NCBI GenBank assembly: GCA_002269645.1
Contig: NIVC01003390.1
Span: 4,228 to 68,227, forward strand
DNA: 64,000 bases
Direction: 5' to 3'
Origin: Macrostomum lignano
Taxonomy: Eukaryota
Numbering within the stretch: position 1 is the first letter of the stretch; every line of letters starts with the position of its first letter. Positions 35,901-48,300 of the stretch are shown piece by piece. A program made the translations under genes and the position numbers. A model generated the notes under the pieces. The model saw only the letters and a program-made list of their open reading frames with translations. It had not been told where the DNA came from and searched no databases.

Positions 35901-36226
35901 TGTCCATAAGAGGAAGCCAATTGAGCATTATTGTTACCAGCAGCAGAACGGTTATATGGTTTGAATCCAGCAGCTGACGGTGCGGGTGAGAACTCGGAGC
36001 CGGCCGAGTTGTCCCGGTACTGGAAGCCGGCGCTGGCCTGACCGCCGCTTGGCGGGTCCTCCGCCTGAGCCGGGGTGGACAAGTGCGAGCCGTTCCTGTC
36101 TGGGAGCGGCACGGAGGTGGGGCAGAAGGGCTCCGAGTCCTGCCTGGCATGAGGCGGCTGCTGCTGCTGGGGATAGTAGAATCCCGGCGTGTACTGTTGG
36201 TAGCGACTGGCGTTTGGATCGGCCAT
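28765..36226 (-). CDS. SEC16: SEC16 (ER exit site COPII scaffold), about 1,430 aa, with Q/P-rich C-terminal repeat tail
   Basis: Phase-0 GT-AG exons on the minus strand: 36226-35609, 34846-34484, 33694-33215, 32341-31409, 30806-30636, 30495-28765. Sec16 central-domain motifs: TPLKFSLPHARL, YPGPLVPGEALKSEV, RNNG|IAMGSDLSDLL, FRKLLMYGRKREALEYA..LWGQALFLA, GDPLVALY, WRPFLAMLLAN, LGDRLLAAG, PYKFLYAVRLLDAGL. The extreme 3' end is less certain. Confidence 0.9.
31070..31341 (-). repeat. Dispersed ~300-bp repeat, copy B (inverted relative to 26334-26640), in SEC16 intron 4
   Basis: The reverse complement aligns with copy A over most of its length. Confidence 0.7.
32433..33165 (-). mobile_element. 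5'-truncated RTE-clade-like non-LTR retrotransposon (RT C-terminal part), decayed, 18-bp TSD
   Basis: Minus-strand translation: TLKTEVL..FTYLGG..VEEDLRRRRGLAWAAF..LWQAVVETVLLYNAET, then after a frameshift or deletion RRRRPQLAGHVIRAE. (TTG)n tail. TSD CCCCGCTAAGCCCCACTC at 32415-32432 and 33166-33183. Lies in SEC16 intron 3. Confidence 0.85.
33838..33918. repeat. 16-bp tandem repeat (GAGTAGCTAGCCCTAT) x5
   Basis: Directly visible. Confidence 0.9.
34032..34350 (+). mobile_element. Probable second tRNA-derived SINE family (degenerate)
   Basis: Degenerate A-box (tgcctagtaatc) and B-box (ggctcgattcc), then a GT-rich body ending in ..gcctctaataaaaa. Only one copy is in the window. Confidence 0.45.
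34918..35405. repeat. 39-bp minisatellite (CAGCAGGGTGAACTGCAGCTCAGAGCTGCTGCCCAATCA), about 12 units
   Basis: Tandem array in SEC16 intron 1. Confidence 0.95.
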
Positions 36227-39200
36227 GACTGCCCCCGCTTTCTTTACCGTTGGCAGTGTGTCACTGACTATTGGGCTCAATGCTCAATGCTGAAGAACTG
36301 AGCTGCTTAAAATAGCTCACTTATCTGCTGATATGCCTGCAGTCAGTGCTAGCAGAGCTGTAGGCTGTTTCTGTGGAGTCAAATTTAATAGATAACCAAT
36401 GACTGAAATGCTTAAGTGAGTGACTGGGATGATTCAATAACTATACTTTTGCACACTCGGGTATCCGTACTACTGAGTGATATAATAATATTAACAAAAT
36501 TGTAAACCATTATCTATTTTCAAACTGGGATCTTCAGAAATTGCAACTTCTTTTATAACAAGAATATCTTGACAACAAGACAAGGTCATGTCTTCAAGGC
36601 TTCTTGAGTTTTGATAAGAAGCTATGATTCAAGGAGTTCATAAATTCCAAGACTTAAAGGTAAAGTTAGTATTAGAATTAGACAATGACTTTAATGGCAA
36701 TTGACAAGATGCCAAACAATAAAGGAAAGTTGAGATGTCAATTTGGCAATATTTATAAAATTAAAGTAACATTTGCAATTATAAAGAGAACCATGGGCAA
36801 ATCTAATATTATTTACCTATTTATCTTCCTAGTCTAGGAAGAATATAATGAAAAACAGATATAGTTTCTAGGCAATGCTCAATGAATAACTTGATATTGG
36901 GATTAAAACAAACAAACTAATAATTAAAAACTATTTGTAGGTATTTTAAAAAGTATTTATTGTCAAAAAATCTAAGATTTATAGTACCAATATAAAATAT
37001 ATATATATAAAACCTAGGAAGTCATGATTTAGTTGTAAAGTCTAAGTTGTATATATTTTTAATAAGAAAGTATCTAAACAATCACTTAAATAAAGAATAG
37101 GTTTTATATTATTATCTAAAAATATTAAGGTGCAACAACTGCAACTGATAGGCTTTGCAATTGAGCCAATATGTATTAAAAGACAATTTGAATGAATCAT
37201 ACAAGTATATATTAAGGAATATAAAATCCCAAGTTTTGCCAATCCTGGAATCCTAGAACAAATTTAGCTAGGATCCTAGTCTTAAAAAGGTTTCTAATTT
37301 TTTTTGGTATCAGTTTAGTTTACAAAGCTATCTAATCTAATTTTAAAGGGCTTTCAATGATAAAAGTAGAATAAAATATAAAAGATTTTGAAAACAAGAA
37401 ACTGACAGTGAGCTCTGAGTTGAAGTGTGATATATAGGCTAGCATAATAGATGTGCTTTTTTACTTGTTAGTATTAGCTTAAAAATCACATTTGATTGTG
37501 ATATAACCTGGATAATGATAGCTTATAGAGCTATGGTCTAAGGTACTAATACTAGGCTAGGGTTGAAAGAAATCAGACCTTATTTTCCTAGGAGCACCTA
37601 CCCTAGATAGAGAACTGATAGCTTGGGTTGTAGTCTAATAGTAAGGTCCCACTGTTCTAATCCCAACTATAGCCAAGGAATTTTGAAAGTAAAATACTTA
37701 AAATAGCTATATTACACTTCAAATACCTTTAAAACCTAATAATAGCTTCTATTTATTATCCCTATAGCCCTATAGCCTTCTACTCACTTGCTCAAAAGAT
37801 TAAGGAATCAAAGTAAGACAACTATATTATTATTTTTAATTGACAAATTTCTTAGCTACAGATATTAACTTGAAAATGAATGATTGAATTATTGCAAAAT
37901 GGTATTAGGAAAATGGTATGGAGAAATAAGACCTTCATTTTAATGTTTTAACATTTTAGAATTTTACAATTTAAAATTTCAATGTAATTTGTTTATTTGT
38001 TCATTTTACAATCAATAGACATATATCACAAAACTTTGGCAAAAAAACTTACTTTCAGTGAATTGACTTGCTACTAGTCTAAGCCTATGTAGGCTATTCC
38101 TTATTAGAATAAATTTTATCTTTAGCAGATAGGGTTATATGTTTCCAAGTGGTTAGAATAGGCCTAATAAAATCAAAAATATAAACCAAATATTTTTATC
38201 CATACCTTTTTGGCTTTTGTCATCTTTACCTTAGAGTTAAAATAATAAATAACCTCTTTACCTTTAGGCATGCATAGGCAATTGCCAACCAACCTGATTG
38301 ATGTAGCTAGCATAAATTATGATAGACCAAGGGTAAGTTTCAAAATTGATGACAACAAAGTATATATATTTATTATTATACAAATTATTATATAGGCTTA
38401 CTTAGTACTTGTCATTGTATTATTAAACTTAGTTTCGGGTATATACAAATACAACTACAATAGATATATTTTTAGGTGGCTTAGTTAAATGGCTCTGACA
38501 ATCACAGCTCAGCAAAGTATGACGCTTTTAAAGCATTTAGTACTACTACTAGGTAGTCTAAAATTAATAGGCTCATGATGGCCCCAATCAACCTATTTTT
38601 TATCAATTTAGAAGCAATCATTTATTTTGAGCCTTAATTTAAATTTCATACTTGAATTGACTAGAGCATTGGTATTTATTGAGTATTTATTGTGAGTGCG
38701 GCTAGCGTTTAATGGAAACACATAACAGAATTTACAGTTCCACGCCACGTATTTCAGAAATGAAATTTATGCATTGTGCATGATTTGCTATTAGAATGTA
38801 ATTTATGATTTAATTTTGAAAATTGAAGGACTGTATACGCCGAAATAGTTTCATATAGGATTCTTCTGCAACCTTTAGAGGCTGATCAGAGATATTTTGT
38901 TTAATCATTCCGTGAAATTTCACCCGCTAATTTGAACGAACCCGGCCTGGGTTTAGTATCGAATCGAATGAATAGTAAATATTTAAATGATGCAGGTAGT
39001 GAAATATCCTACCAGAAAAGTAAAACCCGTCATCCTAGCACGTCTAATGACATTGTGGTTTTTACGATAATTCTGCTCATGCGAGCTTTTCTAGAGATTT
39101 AATAATAATTTGATTTTTAACTATCGGTTTCAACGGACTGTAACAAATGTAAAAAGACACTCAATAGGCACTGTATTGCATATGAGCCACAGGTAGTAGT

Positions 39201-40122
39201 AGGAAAAGCCTATGGTTGGCTGGATCACATACCGTGCCAAAAGTTTTTTGCTTGCTATGATTGATACATAGCTTTAATAACGGATGCCCTATGAAAGATG
39301 TAAATACTTCCTTCTAGTTCCACTCTGTCTGCCTTATATGTACATGTATCCATTCTCATAGCCATACACGCTCCTGACCTACACGCAGAAGAAATATCTG
39401 CCTTCTGTTTTTTTGTTGTTGTTTTCCAAGTCTTGCGGGTCTAGGATATGAACGTATCGGAAGAAATTAACTATGAAGTTTTCCACTCAACAATTCGCCG
39501 GCGCGTGGTCATGATACTTTTTCTGTCTAGATAAAAATGAATACAAATGTTTCAAAGCATTTTACGTTGAATGGTCAACACAATTTAGTGTCAAATCAGC
39601 GCTGTGAAATAGCAAAGCATTTTATATAGATTCTAGAATTCTTGATTGCTTAAGGCTATAATTAAAAGACACTTCAAATTAAGGCGACAAAAAGATATCT
39701 TGTTATTCTGTACATATGGTCCTTTCCTGACATATGAAGGATGCCACCGAAGCAAAGTATGACGCTTGTGCTTTGCGATACATGTAATTCGAAGAATCAA
39801 GAAATATATATAATTTTCAGCCACCACCAAAAAATAATAAATTAGTTTGCACACATGACAGAAAAGACGATATAGTATCAGCAGCAAAGAATTTTCGGCC
39901 AATTTAACACTCGAGATTTTTTACGGACACATTTGAGCAATACTGAAATTCCGACTGTCAGGCGAACTTGAAGTGAAGCACGCGTATTTCGTGCGGCTTC
40001 ATAGAAAATCCAAGGTGGAAAATTTATCAGAATTTATCTACAACCGCAAGCCTATGCAAAGCAAGTCACCTAAAGTTGCTGCAGTGTTTCTTAGAAATGC
40101 TCCAAAGCTGCCGTCGAGCTCA

Positions 40123-41619
40123 TCAGTTCAACTTCAACGGCTTCCAGGTTCCATCCGCCCCGCTAGCCGTCTCGGCATCGTTGACCAGCTGGCCTCCCGT
40201 CTCGGCCAGGCTCACTTCCTGGAAGAAAGCGTCCCTGTTAGGTCCCATGCTCGAGTCCGACTGGCGCCTCACCGTGACCGAGTTGAAACTGGTCTCCGCC
40301 ATCGCCGATCCGTTGCCGGCTTCGTTCCCGACGAGGGCGCCGTTGCCGCCGTGATGGAACGGCGTGTCGGGCAGGATGGTGAGGCGGGAGTACTTGCAGC
40401 GGCTGTCCTCCCGGTACTGCAGCCAGGACTCGTGCCGCAGCTGGCCGAGAGTCACCAGCGCTGTGGCTGCCTGCACCAGGGCCGCGGCTATCAGACTGAT
40501 GGAGTCCGGCCGCTGTCCGGCCACCAAAAAGCCGGCCAGCTGCACGAGAGACGCGGTGGAGCTCCAGCCCAGCTGGAACAGGCGCGACCTCTCGTTGCGG
40601 AGCCAGTGCAGCAGCATCGGCAGGCCGGTTGCCAGGCCGCCGACTCCCGCCAAGAGCAGCGGAGCGTCCGCAGCTTTCAGCGGCGGTAGACGGAGCGGCC
40701 GGGCCAAGAGCAGCGGCTGGAGCGCCAACGAGGAGGCGCACAGAAGGCCGGCTGTCAGCGCCAGCAACGGCAGCGAGGAGACGCCACCCAGCTTCCAGTA
40801 GACGACAGTGACGGCCACAGCCAGTAGAACGGCGGCGGTGGCACATCCGGCGAACTCCAGCGGCGGCGTCGGCGGCAACGGAGCCTCAGCGACAGCCGTG
40901 ATGTTGCTGGCGCTCGCCGCCAGCAGCGCCGAACGAAGAAAAGCCGGCCGAGCCAGCAGGCCGAGGTTGGCGATCGTGACGGCGGCAGCGAGCAGGCCGT
41001 ACTTGGTGCACGCCGTCTGCAGCACGAAGCACAGCGGCAGCGACATGACCCCGGCGTAGCTGAAGAAAATGCAGGCTGCGTCGGCCGTCACCGGCAGGCG
41101 CTGGGCGGCGCGCAGGCCGAGCTGGCAGCTGGCGCACAGCAGCGCCGCCGAGAACAGCATGGGGCGCCAGTGGTAGCGCAAAGCTGGCGCCACGTTGCCG
41201 TGCTGGAAGTGGCGCAGCAGGAGGCCGGTGCAGGCGATCAGGCAGAGCGGCGCCCCGGCGGCAAACAGCAGCTGGTGGCTGGGGGCTCGAACCCGGCCCA
41301 ACTGGCCGGCGCACCAGATCGCCACGGCCCAGCAGCAGGCGGCGGCGAGGCCCCAGCAGAGCGGAGGCAGGAGGGACCGTAGCTTTCGGCGCAGGTAGCC
41401 CGAGCAGCTGAGATCGTAGTCGCCCATGGCTGCCTCATCCTCCTCCTCGTCCTCGCTCTCCTCTTCTTCATTGGCATTGCTGGGCTGGCCATTGACTTCG
41501 ACCTGAGCCTCTGACGACGGCAGCACCTCAAGCAGCTGGTGATCAATCGGCGTGGGAGCGGCGGTGGGGACCGGTTCCATCGCCTGAGCTTGCGCAGGCT
41601 GGGACGCCGGTTCCGTCAT
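40123..41619 (-). CDS. Intronless drug/metabolite (EamA) transporter, SLC35G-like, about 498 aa
   Basis: Acidic N-terminus, multiple hydrophobic helices and the motif QRLPVTADAACIFFSYAGVMSLPLCFVL..GLLAAAVTIANLGLLARPAFL, which resembles SLC35G 'lplgdAt.i.f..p...RP.fl'. The ATG at 41619 follows the track's GTG start. Confidence 0.65.
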   Translation of the reverse strand: MTEPASQPAQAQAMEPVPTAAPTPIDHQLLEVLPSSEAQVEVNGQPSNANEEEESEDEEEDEAAMGDYDLSCSGYLRRKLRSLLPPLCWGLAAACCWAVAIWCAGQLGRVRAPSHQLLFAAGAPLCLIACTGLLLRHFQHGNVAPALRYHWRPMLFSAALLCASCQLGLRAAQRLPVTADAACIFFSYAGVMSLPLCFVLQTACTKYGLLAAAVTIANLGLLARPAFLRSALLAASASNITAVAEAPLPPTPPLEFAGCATAAVLLAVAVTVVYWKLGGVSSLPLLALTAGLLCASSLALQPLLLARPLRLPPLKAADAPLLLAGVGGLATGLPMLLHWLRNERSRLFQLGWSSTASLVQLAGFLVAGQRPDSISLIAAALVQAATALVTLGQLRHESWLQYREDSRCKYSRLTILPDTPFHHGGNGALVGNEAGNGSAMAETSFNSVTVRRQSDSSMGPNRDAFFQEVSLAETGGQLVNDAETASGADGTWKPLKLN

Positions 41620-42179
41620 CACAGCAGCTCTGGCGGCCAGTGCAGCGGCTTCATTGGCCCGGGCGCCGAGTCGCTGCTGCAGTTATACCGGCCGGGGACC
41701 AGCAACCGTCAGTGCAGCTAGCGAGCCCACTTCAGTCCTTTTGGAGCTCAGGGGATAATAATCCCTGCTGTTAGTGCAGTGCCGGCCAGCAGGTGTTGAG
41801 TAGTGCTCTAGAAGACTTCGAGTAGCCGCCCCGGGGTCACCTAGGGGTCGGTGATTCGAGTAGCGAGGAGCGAGAGGCCGAGCTGTGAGAGCAAAACTTA
41901 TCCCAGACTTACACGCGCCAGTGTAGCCGGGTGGGGGTGGCCGGGAGGAGTCTAAGAGAAGATCGGCTTGAGGAAGAGCCTCAGTTGGCCGGAGTGGCGC
42001 CCAACCCCGCCACGCTGCGCGCCGAGCTAAGGGGAGAAAGGGGGAATGCGTGGGGACTGGCGCGGCCCAGCAATAAACAACTGGTGCACCGCGGGCTGCG
42101 GCATTGTCAGCGCGGAGCGGGGAGAACTCGCCTCAGCCATGGAGACCCAGAACCAGAGCCTTGGAGTTGTATGCAAATG

Positions 42180-42945
42180 GAGGTATTGCATCCAGCCCAC
42201 AGTTGTATGTAGGAAGTTTCGCATCCAGCCTACAGTTGTATGTAGGAAGTTTCGCATCCAGCCTACAGTTGTATGCAGAAAGTTTCGCATCCAGCGTACA
42301 GTTGTATGTAGAAAGTTTCGCATCCAGCCTACAGTTGTATGTAGAAAGTTTCGCATCCAGCCTACAGTTGTCTGTAGAAAGTTTCGCATACAGCCTACAC
42401 AGTTGTATGTAGAAAGTTTCGCATCCAGCCTACAGTTGTATGTAGAAAGTTTCGCATCCAGCCTACAGTTGTATGCAGAAAGTTTCGCATCCAGCGTACA
42501 GTTGTATGTAGAAAGTTTCGCATCCAGCCTACAGTTGTATGTAGAAAGTTTCGCATCCAGCCTACAGTTGTCTGTAGAAAGTTTCGCATACAGCCTACAC
42601 AGTTGTATGTAGGAAGTTTCGCATCCAGCCTACAGTTGTATGTAGAAAGTTTCGCATCCAGCCTACAGTTGTCTGTAGAAAGTTTCGCATACAGCCTACA
42701 CAGTTGTATGTAGGAAGTTTCGCATCCAGCCTACAGTTTTATGCAGAAAGTTTCGCATCCAGCCTACAGTTGTATGTAGGAAGTTTCGCATACAGCCTAC
42801 ACAGTTGTATGTAGGAAGTTTCGCATCCAGCCTACAGTTGTAAGCAGAAAGTTTCGCATCCAGCCTACAGTTGTCTGTAGAAAGTTTCGCATCCAGCCTA
42901 CAGTTGTAAGTAGAAAGTTTCGCATCCAGCCTACAGTTGTATGCA
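42180..42945. repeat. 33-bp minisatellite (CATCCAGCCTACAGTTGTATGTAGAAAGTTTCG)
   Basis: Tandem array bounded by GTATGCAAAT(G/A)GAGG direct repeats. Confidence 0.95.
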
Positions 42946-43451
42946 AATAGAGGTTCCCCAGGAAATTTTTCAGTCCAGGCTCTGGATTTAGATCTCCATG
43001 CCTCAGCACAAGTTGGAGTGAGGGGACGAGGGCCTGGGGCCGGCCCTGGGAGGAGACAGCAGCGCCCCACCCAGAGCGAGCGGACACCACACTGCCGATA
43101 CTCTCTATGGCGGCGCAGCGTTTCACCTGTTCCCCCGGGCTTCAACTGGGTTTTTTTCTCCTCAAGCCCTCCCTGCTCACAGTGTGTGTAGCTGTTCTCA
43201 AGCCAGCACCATTCGCGTTCCCGCCCGATACGGGCAGAGCGAGAAAGAGGAAAGGGCGGTGAGTCTCGCTTGCGTGAGGAAGCTTTGGGGACTTTGGCTT
43301 GAATTTAAAGACGAGTAAATTAACTGATTAACAACAGGTTGTTTGAAATGCAGAACGACTTTGCCGGTTCTTTGCATAGAAACTCGCCCTCCTGATCTTC
43401 CTGCAATGTTTTGCCATTTTTCATCATGGAAGTGGCTCGATATTGAATTAG

Positions 43452-43810
43452 GCATGGCAACTACCAGAATGCGATTCTCCCTACACTTACTGCATAGCAA
43501 CTATCAGAATGCGATTCTCCCTGCACTTACTGCATGGCAACTACCAGAATGCGATTCTCCCTGCACTTACTGCATGGCAACTACCAGAATGCGATTCTCC
43601 CTACACTTACTGCATGGCAACTACCAGAATGCGATTCTCCCTACACTTACTGCATGGCAACTACCAGAATGCGATTCTCCCTACACTTACCGCATAGCAA
43701 ATACCAGAATGCAGTTCTCCCTACACTTACTGCATGGCAACTACCAGAATGCAATTCTCCCTACACTTACTGCATGGCAACTACCAGAATGCCATTCCCC
43801 CTACACTTAC
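43452..43810. repeat. 40-bp minisatellite (CATGGCAACTACCAGAATGCGATTCTCCCTACACTTACTG)
   Basis: About 9 units visible. Confidence 0.93.
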
Positions 43811-44194
43811 ACTGCCAGAATTTCAATGAAGATCTGCAGAGAGATTTGCTCACAAGCCAGCGGAGATGTTCAAGTCAGCCAATATATTTAGCACATAATT
43901 GATAGCTGCGGTTTTGTACAAAGAAAATGTTGGGACTTTATGCTAAAATAATTTACAGAAGAGTGTTCTATCTCTAAAGAAGGCGGGTGGGATGAAAGAT
44001 TTCTTGCTAATAAAAATACACAAATACCAGGAGCGTTCATCAATGGGGAAACGAAAATATGAAATTCTATAATTATCGCAAGCTTTAGAAAGAAAAAAAA
44101 ATAAATCGCCTTGATATATTTGATGATTTATTTTTGATCAGCTCTACAGTGAATTATTTTTGGGTTGTCAATTTATACTTGTTGCTTGATTGAT

Positions 44195-45210
44195 TGATCA
44201 GTTTATTCTTGATTCTTGATTGATTGATCAGTTGATTCTTGATAGATTGATCACTTGATTCTTGATAGATTGATCACTTGATTCTTGATAGATTGATCAC
44301 TTGATTCTTGATAGATTGATCACTTGATTCTTGATAGATTGATCACTTGATTCTTGATAGATTGATCACTTGATTCTTGATAGATTGATCACTTGATTCT
44401 TGATAGATTGATCAGTTGATTCTTGATAGATTGATCACTTGATTCTTGATAGATTGATCACTTGATTCTTGATAGATTGATCACTTGATTCTTGATAGAT
44501 TGATCACTTGATTCTTGATAGATTGATCACTTGATTCTTGATAGATTGATCACTTGATTCTTGATAGATTGATCAGTTGATTCTTGATAGATTGATCACT
44601 TGATTCTTGATAGATTGATCAGTTGATTCTTGATAGATTGATCACTTGATTCTTGATAGATTGATCAGTTGATTCTTGATTGATTGATCACTTGATTCTT
44701 GATAGATTGATCACTTGATTCTTGATAGATTGATCACTTGATTCTTGATAGATTGATCACTTGATTCTTGATAGATTGATCACTTGATTCTTGATAGATT
44801 GATCACTTGATTCTTGATAGATTGATCAGTTGATTCTTGATTGATTGATCAGTTGATTCTTGATAGATTGATCAGTTGATTCTTGATGGATTGATCAGTT
44901 GATTCTTGATAGATTGATCAGTTGATTCTTGATAGATTGATCACTTGATTCTTGATAGATTGATCACTTGATTCTTGATAGATTGATCACTTGATTCTTG
45001 ATAGATTGATCAGTTGATTCTTGATAGATTGATCACTTGATTCTTGATAGATTGATCAGTTGATTCTTGATTGATTGATCACTTGATTCTTGATAGATTG
45101 ATCAGTTGATTCTTGATAGATTGATCACTTGATTCTTGATAGATTGATCACTTGATTCTTGATAGATTGATCAGTTGATTCTTGATTGATTGATCAGTTG
45201 ATTCTTGATG
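44195..45210. repeat. 23-bp minisatellite (GATAGATTGATCACTTGATTCTT)
   Basis: About 44 units visible. Confidence 0.96.
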
Positions 45211-45352
45211 GATTAATAGATACTGTATTGGTCAGCGTCAGAAGAAAGGTCAATGAGTACTTGAAAAACCCGACCCAGTTTGCATCATCAGTCCAGCCCA
45301 GTGCCGAACAAAAGTGCACCCAAAGTGCATCAAAAGTGCAGTTTGCTGCCAC

Positions 45353-48300
45353 TCAGTCTTCGCGCTGTTTGTCCTCGGCCGCGGCCAGCCGCTCGGCTGT
45401 CAGCTCGCGACCTTCGGCGTGGCAGCGACGGAGCAGCCCAGCCAGACGGCGCCGGCCGAGGCCATCCAGCGCGTCGCCGAGAGACTCAACCTGCGCATCG
45501 GCGCCGTCTGCGGCTCTGGCGCGCTTCCAGTACAGCAGCAGTCGGTAGGGGATGCTGGCCGCGGCTGGCGGGTAGCGCAGCGGCGCCGACTCGAAGCTCA
45601 GCACGGAGATGGCGCTGTCCGGCAAGCCCAGCTGACCAGCCAGGTCGGCCGCCTCGCTGCCGGACAGCCGGCCGGCCAGGTGCTGCAGAGACGAGCGGCT
45701 CAGCGCCCTGGACTCGCGGCCGTCTGTGTGACAATTGAAAATAATCAGAAAGTCACAGGCTGTAGAAATTTATAAAATTAGGACAACAATAATCTTAAGA
45801 TGCTACTGGCCAGATCGGGAGTAAGTAGTGTAGCACAAGAGTTTGACACTATCAATAAAATTAATAGTATAAATTTGAGCGAGAAAGGAATGTCACGAGG
45901 CAGGCATATAGAATTGTGCTGCTGTACTTGAAAAGTGGCGTGCAAAACATGTGACTCGAGTTACTCAACGAACCAAAAGTTCTTTTTAGTGCAATATGAA
46001 TTTTTGTGCAGGGTGAATTCTCAGGTCTCAAAAAAAATCGATTTAAATTTACACAACATATAAATTTGCTCATAAATGAGATGTACAGATGATAATGTAC
46101 TCGCACGTGCCGCCCGTCAGTTGATGTCCAGTTTTTGTCAGAGGGCGAAGTCGCACGAAACCTTCAATAAATGCAGTTGATAAGTGAGATCGTGCCTATG
46201 ATGGTCTCGAGTGACAGCGTGAATGATGAGGGATCGTCAGCAAGCCAACAGGGGATTATCAGCAAACCTACAGGGGATTATCAGCAAGCCAACAGGGGAT
46301 TATCAGCAAACCTACAGGGGATTATCGGCAAACTTGCAGGGGATTATCAGCAAACCTACAGGGGATTATCGACAAACCTACAGGGGATTATCAGCAAACC
46401 TACAGGGGATTATCGACAAACCTACAGGGGATTATCAGCAAACCTACAGGGGATTATCGGCAAACTTGCAGGGGATTATCAGCAAACCTACAGGGGATTA
46501 TCGACAAACCTACAGGGGATTATCAGCAAACCTACAGGGGATTATCGGCAAACTTGCAGGGGATTATCAGCAAACCTACAGGGGATTATCGGCAAACTTG
46601 CAGGGGATTATCAGCAAACCTACAGGGGATTATCGGCAAACTTGCAGGGGATTATCAGCAAACCTACAGGGGATTATCAGCAAACCTACAGGGGATTATC
46701 AGCAAACCTACAGGGGATTATCAGCAAACTTACAGGGGATTATCGGCAAACTTGCAGGGGATTATCAGCAAACCTACAGGGGATTATCGGCAAACTTGCA
46801 GGGGATTATCAGCAAACCTACAGGGGATTATCAGCAAACCTACAGGGGATTATCGGCAAACCTACAGGGGATTATCGACAAACCTACAGGAGATTATCAG
46901 CAAACCTACAGGGGATTATCGGCAAACCTACAGGGGATTATCAGCAGACCTACAGGGGATTATCAGCAAACCTACAGGGGATTATCAGCAAACTTACAGG
47001 AGATTATCGGCAAACTTGCAGGGGATTATCAGCAGACCTACAGGGGATTATCAGCAAACCTACAGGGGATTATCAGCAAACTTACAGGAGATTATCGGCA
47101 AACCTACAGGAGATTATCAGCAAACTTACAGGGGATTATCGGCAAACCTACAGGGGATTATCAGCAAACTTACAGGAGATTATCGGCAAACCTACAGGGG
47201 ATTATCAGCAAACTTACAGGAGATTATCGGCAAACCTACAGGGGATTATCAGCAAACCTACAGGGGATTATCGGCAAACCTACAGGGGATTATCAGCAAA
47301 CTTACAGGAGATTATCGGCAAACCTACAGGGGATTATCAGCAAACCTACAGGGGATTATCGGCAAACCTACAGGGGATTATCAGCAAACTTACAGGAGAT
47401 TATCGGCAAACCTACAGGGGATTATCAGCAAACTTACAGGAGATTATCGGCAAACCTACAGGGGATTATCGGCAAACCTACAGGGGATTATCAGCAAACT
47501 TACAGGAGATTATCGGCAAACCTACAGGGGATTATCGGCAAACCTACAGGGGATTATCAGCAAACCTACAGGTAACAGTCAGCCAATTCAGCCATCAGCC
47601 ACTCACGGATCGGCGATCTGGCGGTGCGCCTGGGCGCGGTGAGCCGCTGCAGGCTCTCCTGCTTGGCCTCCTCGGGCTTCAGCCGGTAGATGCGCAGGTC
47701 CAGCAGCCGCGGGTAGTACCTGTACCAGGCCGGCCGCTGCTCTGCCGGCTTCGCGTTCTGTGTCGTCTGCGTGGCCGCGACCGCCGCCTCCCCATCCGAC
47801 GGCTCCTCCGGCGCAGGTGGCGGCTTCAAGTCCAGGTAGGCTTTGAGATCTCGGAAGCCGATGGTGAACTCGTGATTCGATAGCTGCTCACCGCTGCCGC
47901 TGAGCGCGGTGATCACGCCTCTGTGTGTGAGAATGCGATGTTTGGGTTTAGATGGGTAAAAGACCGGACCGAAGACTCAAGCTCCAAGCTCTTGCAGAGG
48001 ATTCGAGCCCCCATCCTCGGACAGATATTCGAACCCCGATTCTCGGACACCAGATTCGAGCCCCCAATCTCTGACAGCAGATTCGAACCCCCATTCTCGA
48101 CAGCAAATTCGAAACCCCCCAGTTTCGGACAGCAGACTCGAACCCCCCAGTTTCGGACAGCAGATTCGAACCCCCCAGTTTCGGACAGCAGATTCGAACC
48201 CCCCAGTTTCGGACAGCAGATTCGAACCCGAGTCAAACATGAATCAAAGCCTCACTTGAACGTCAGCGTCTCGCGACCCGCCAAATCCACCAGCTTCTCG

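Noticed and set aside
46171-47883. 570/450/362-aa ORFs with repetitive GDYQQTYRGLSANLQ sequence
   Set aside because: These are translations of a stop-free 22-bp intronic minisatellite, antisense to the death-domain gene.
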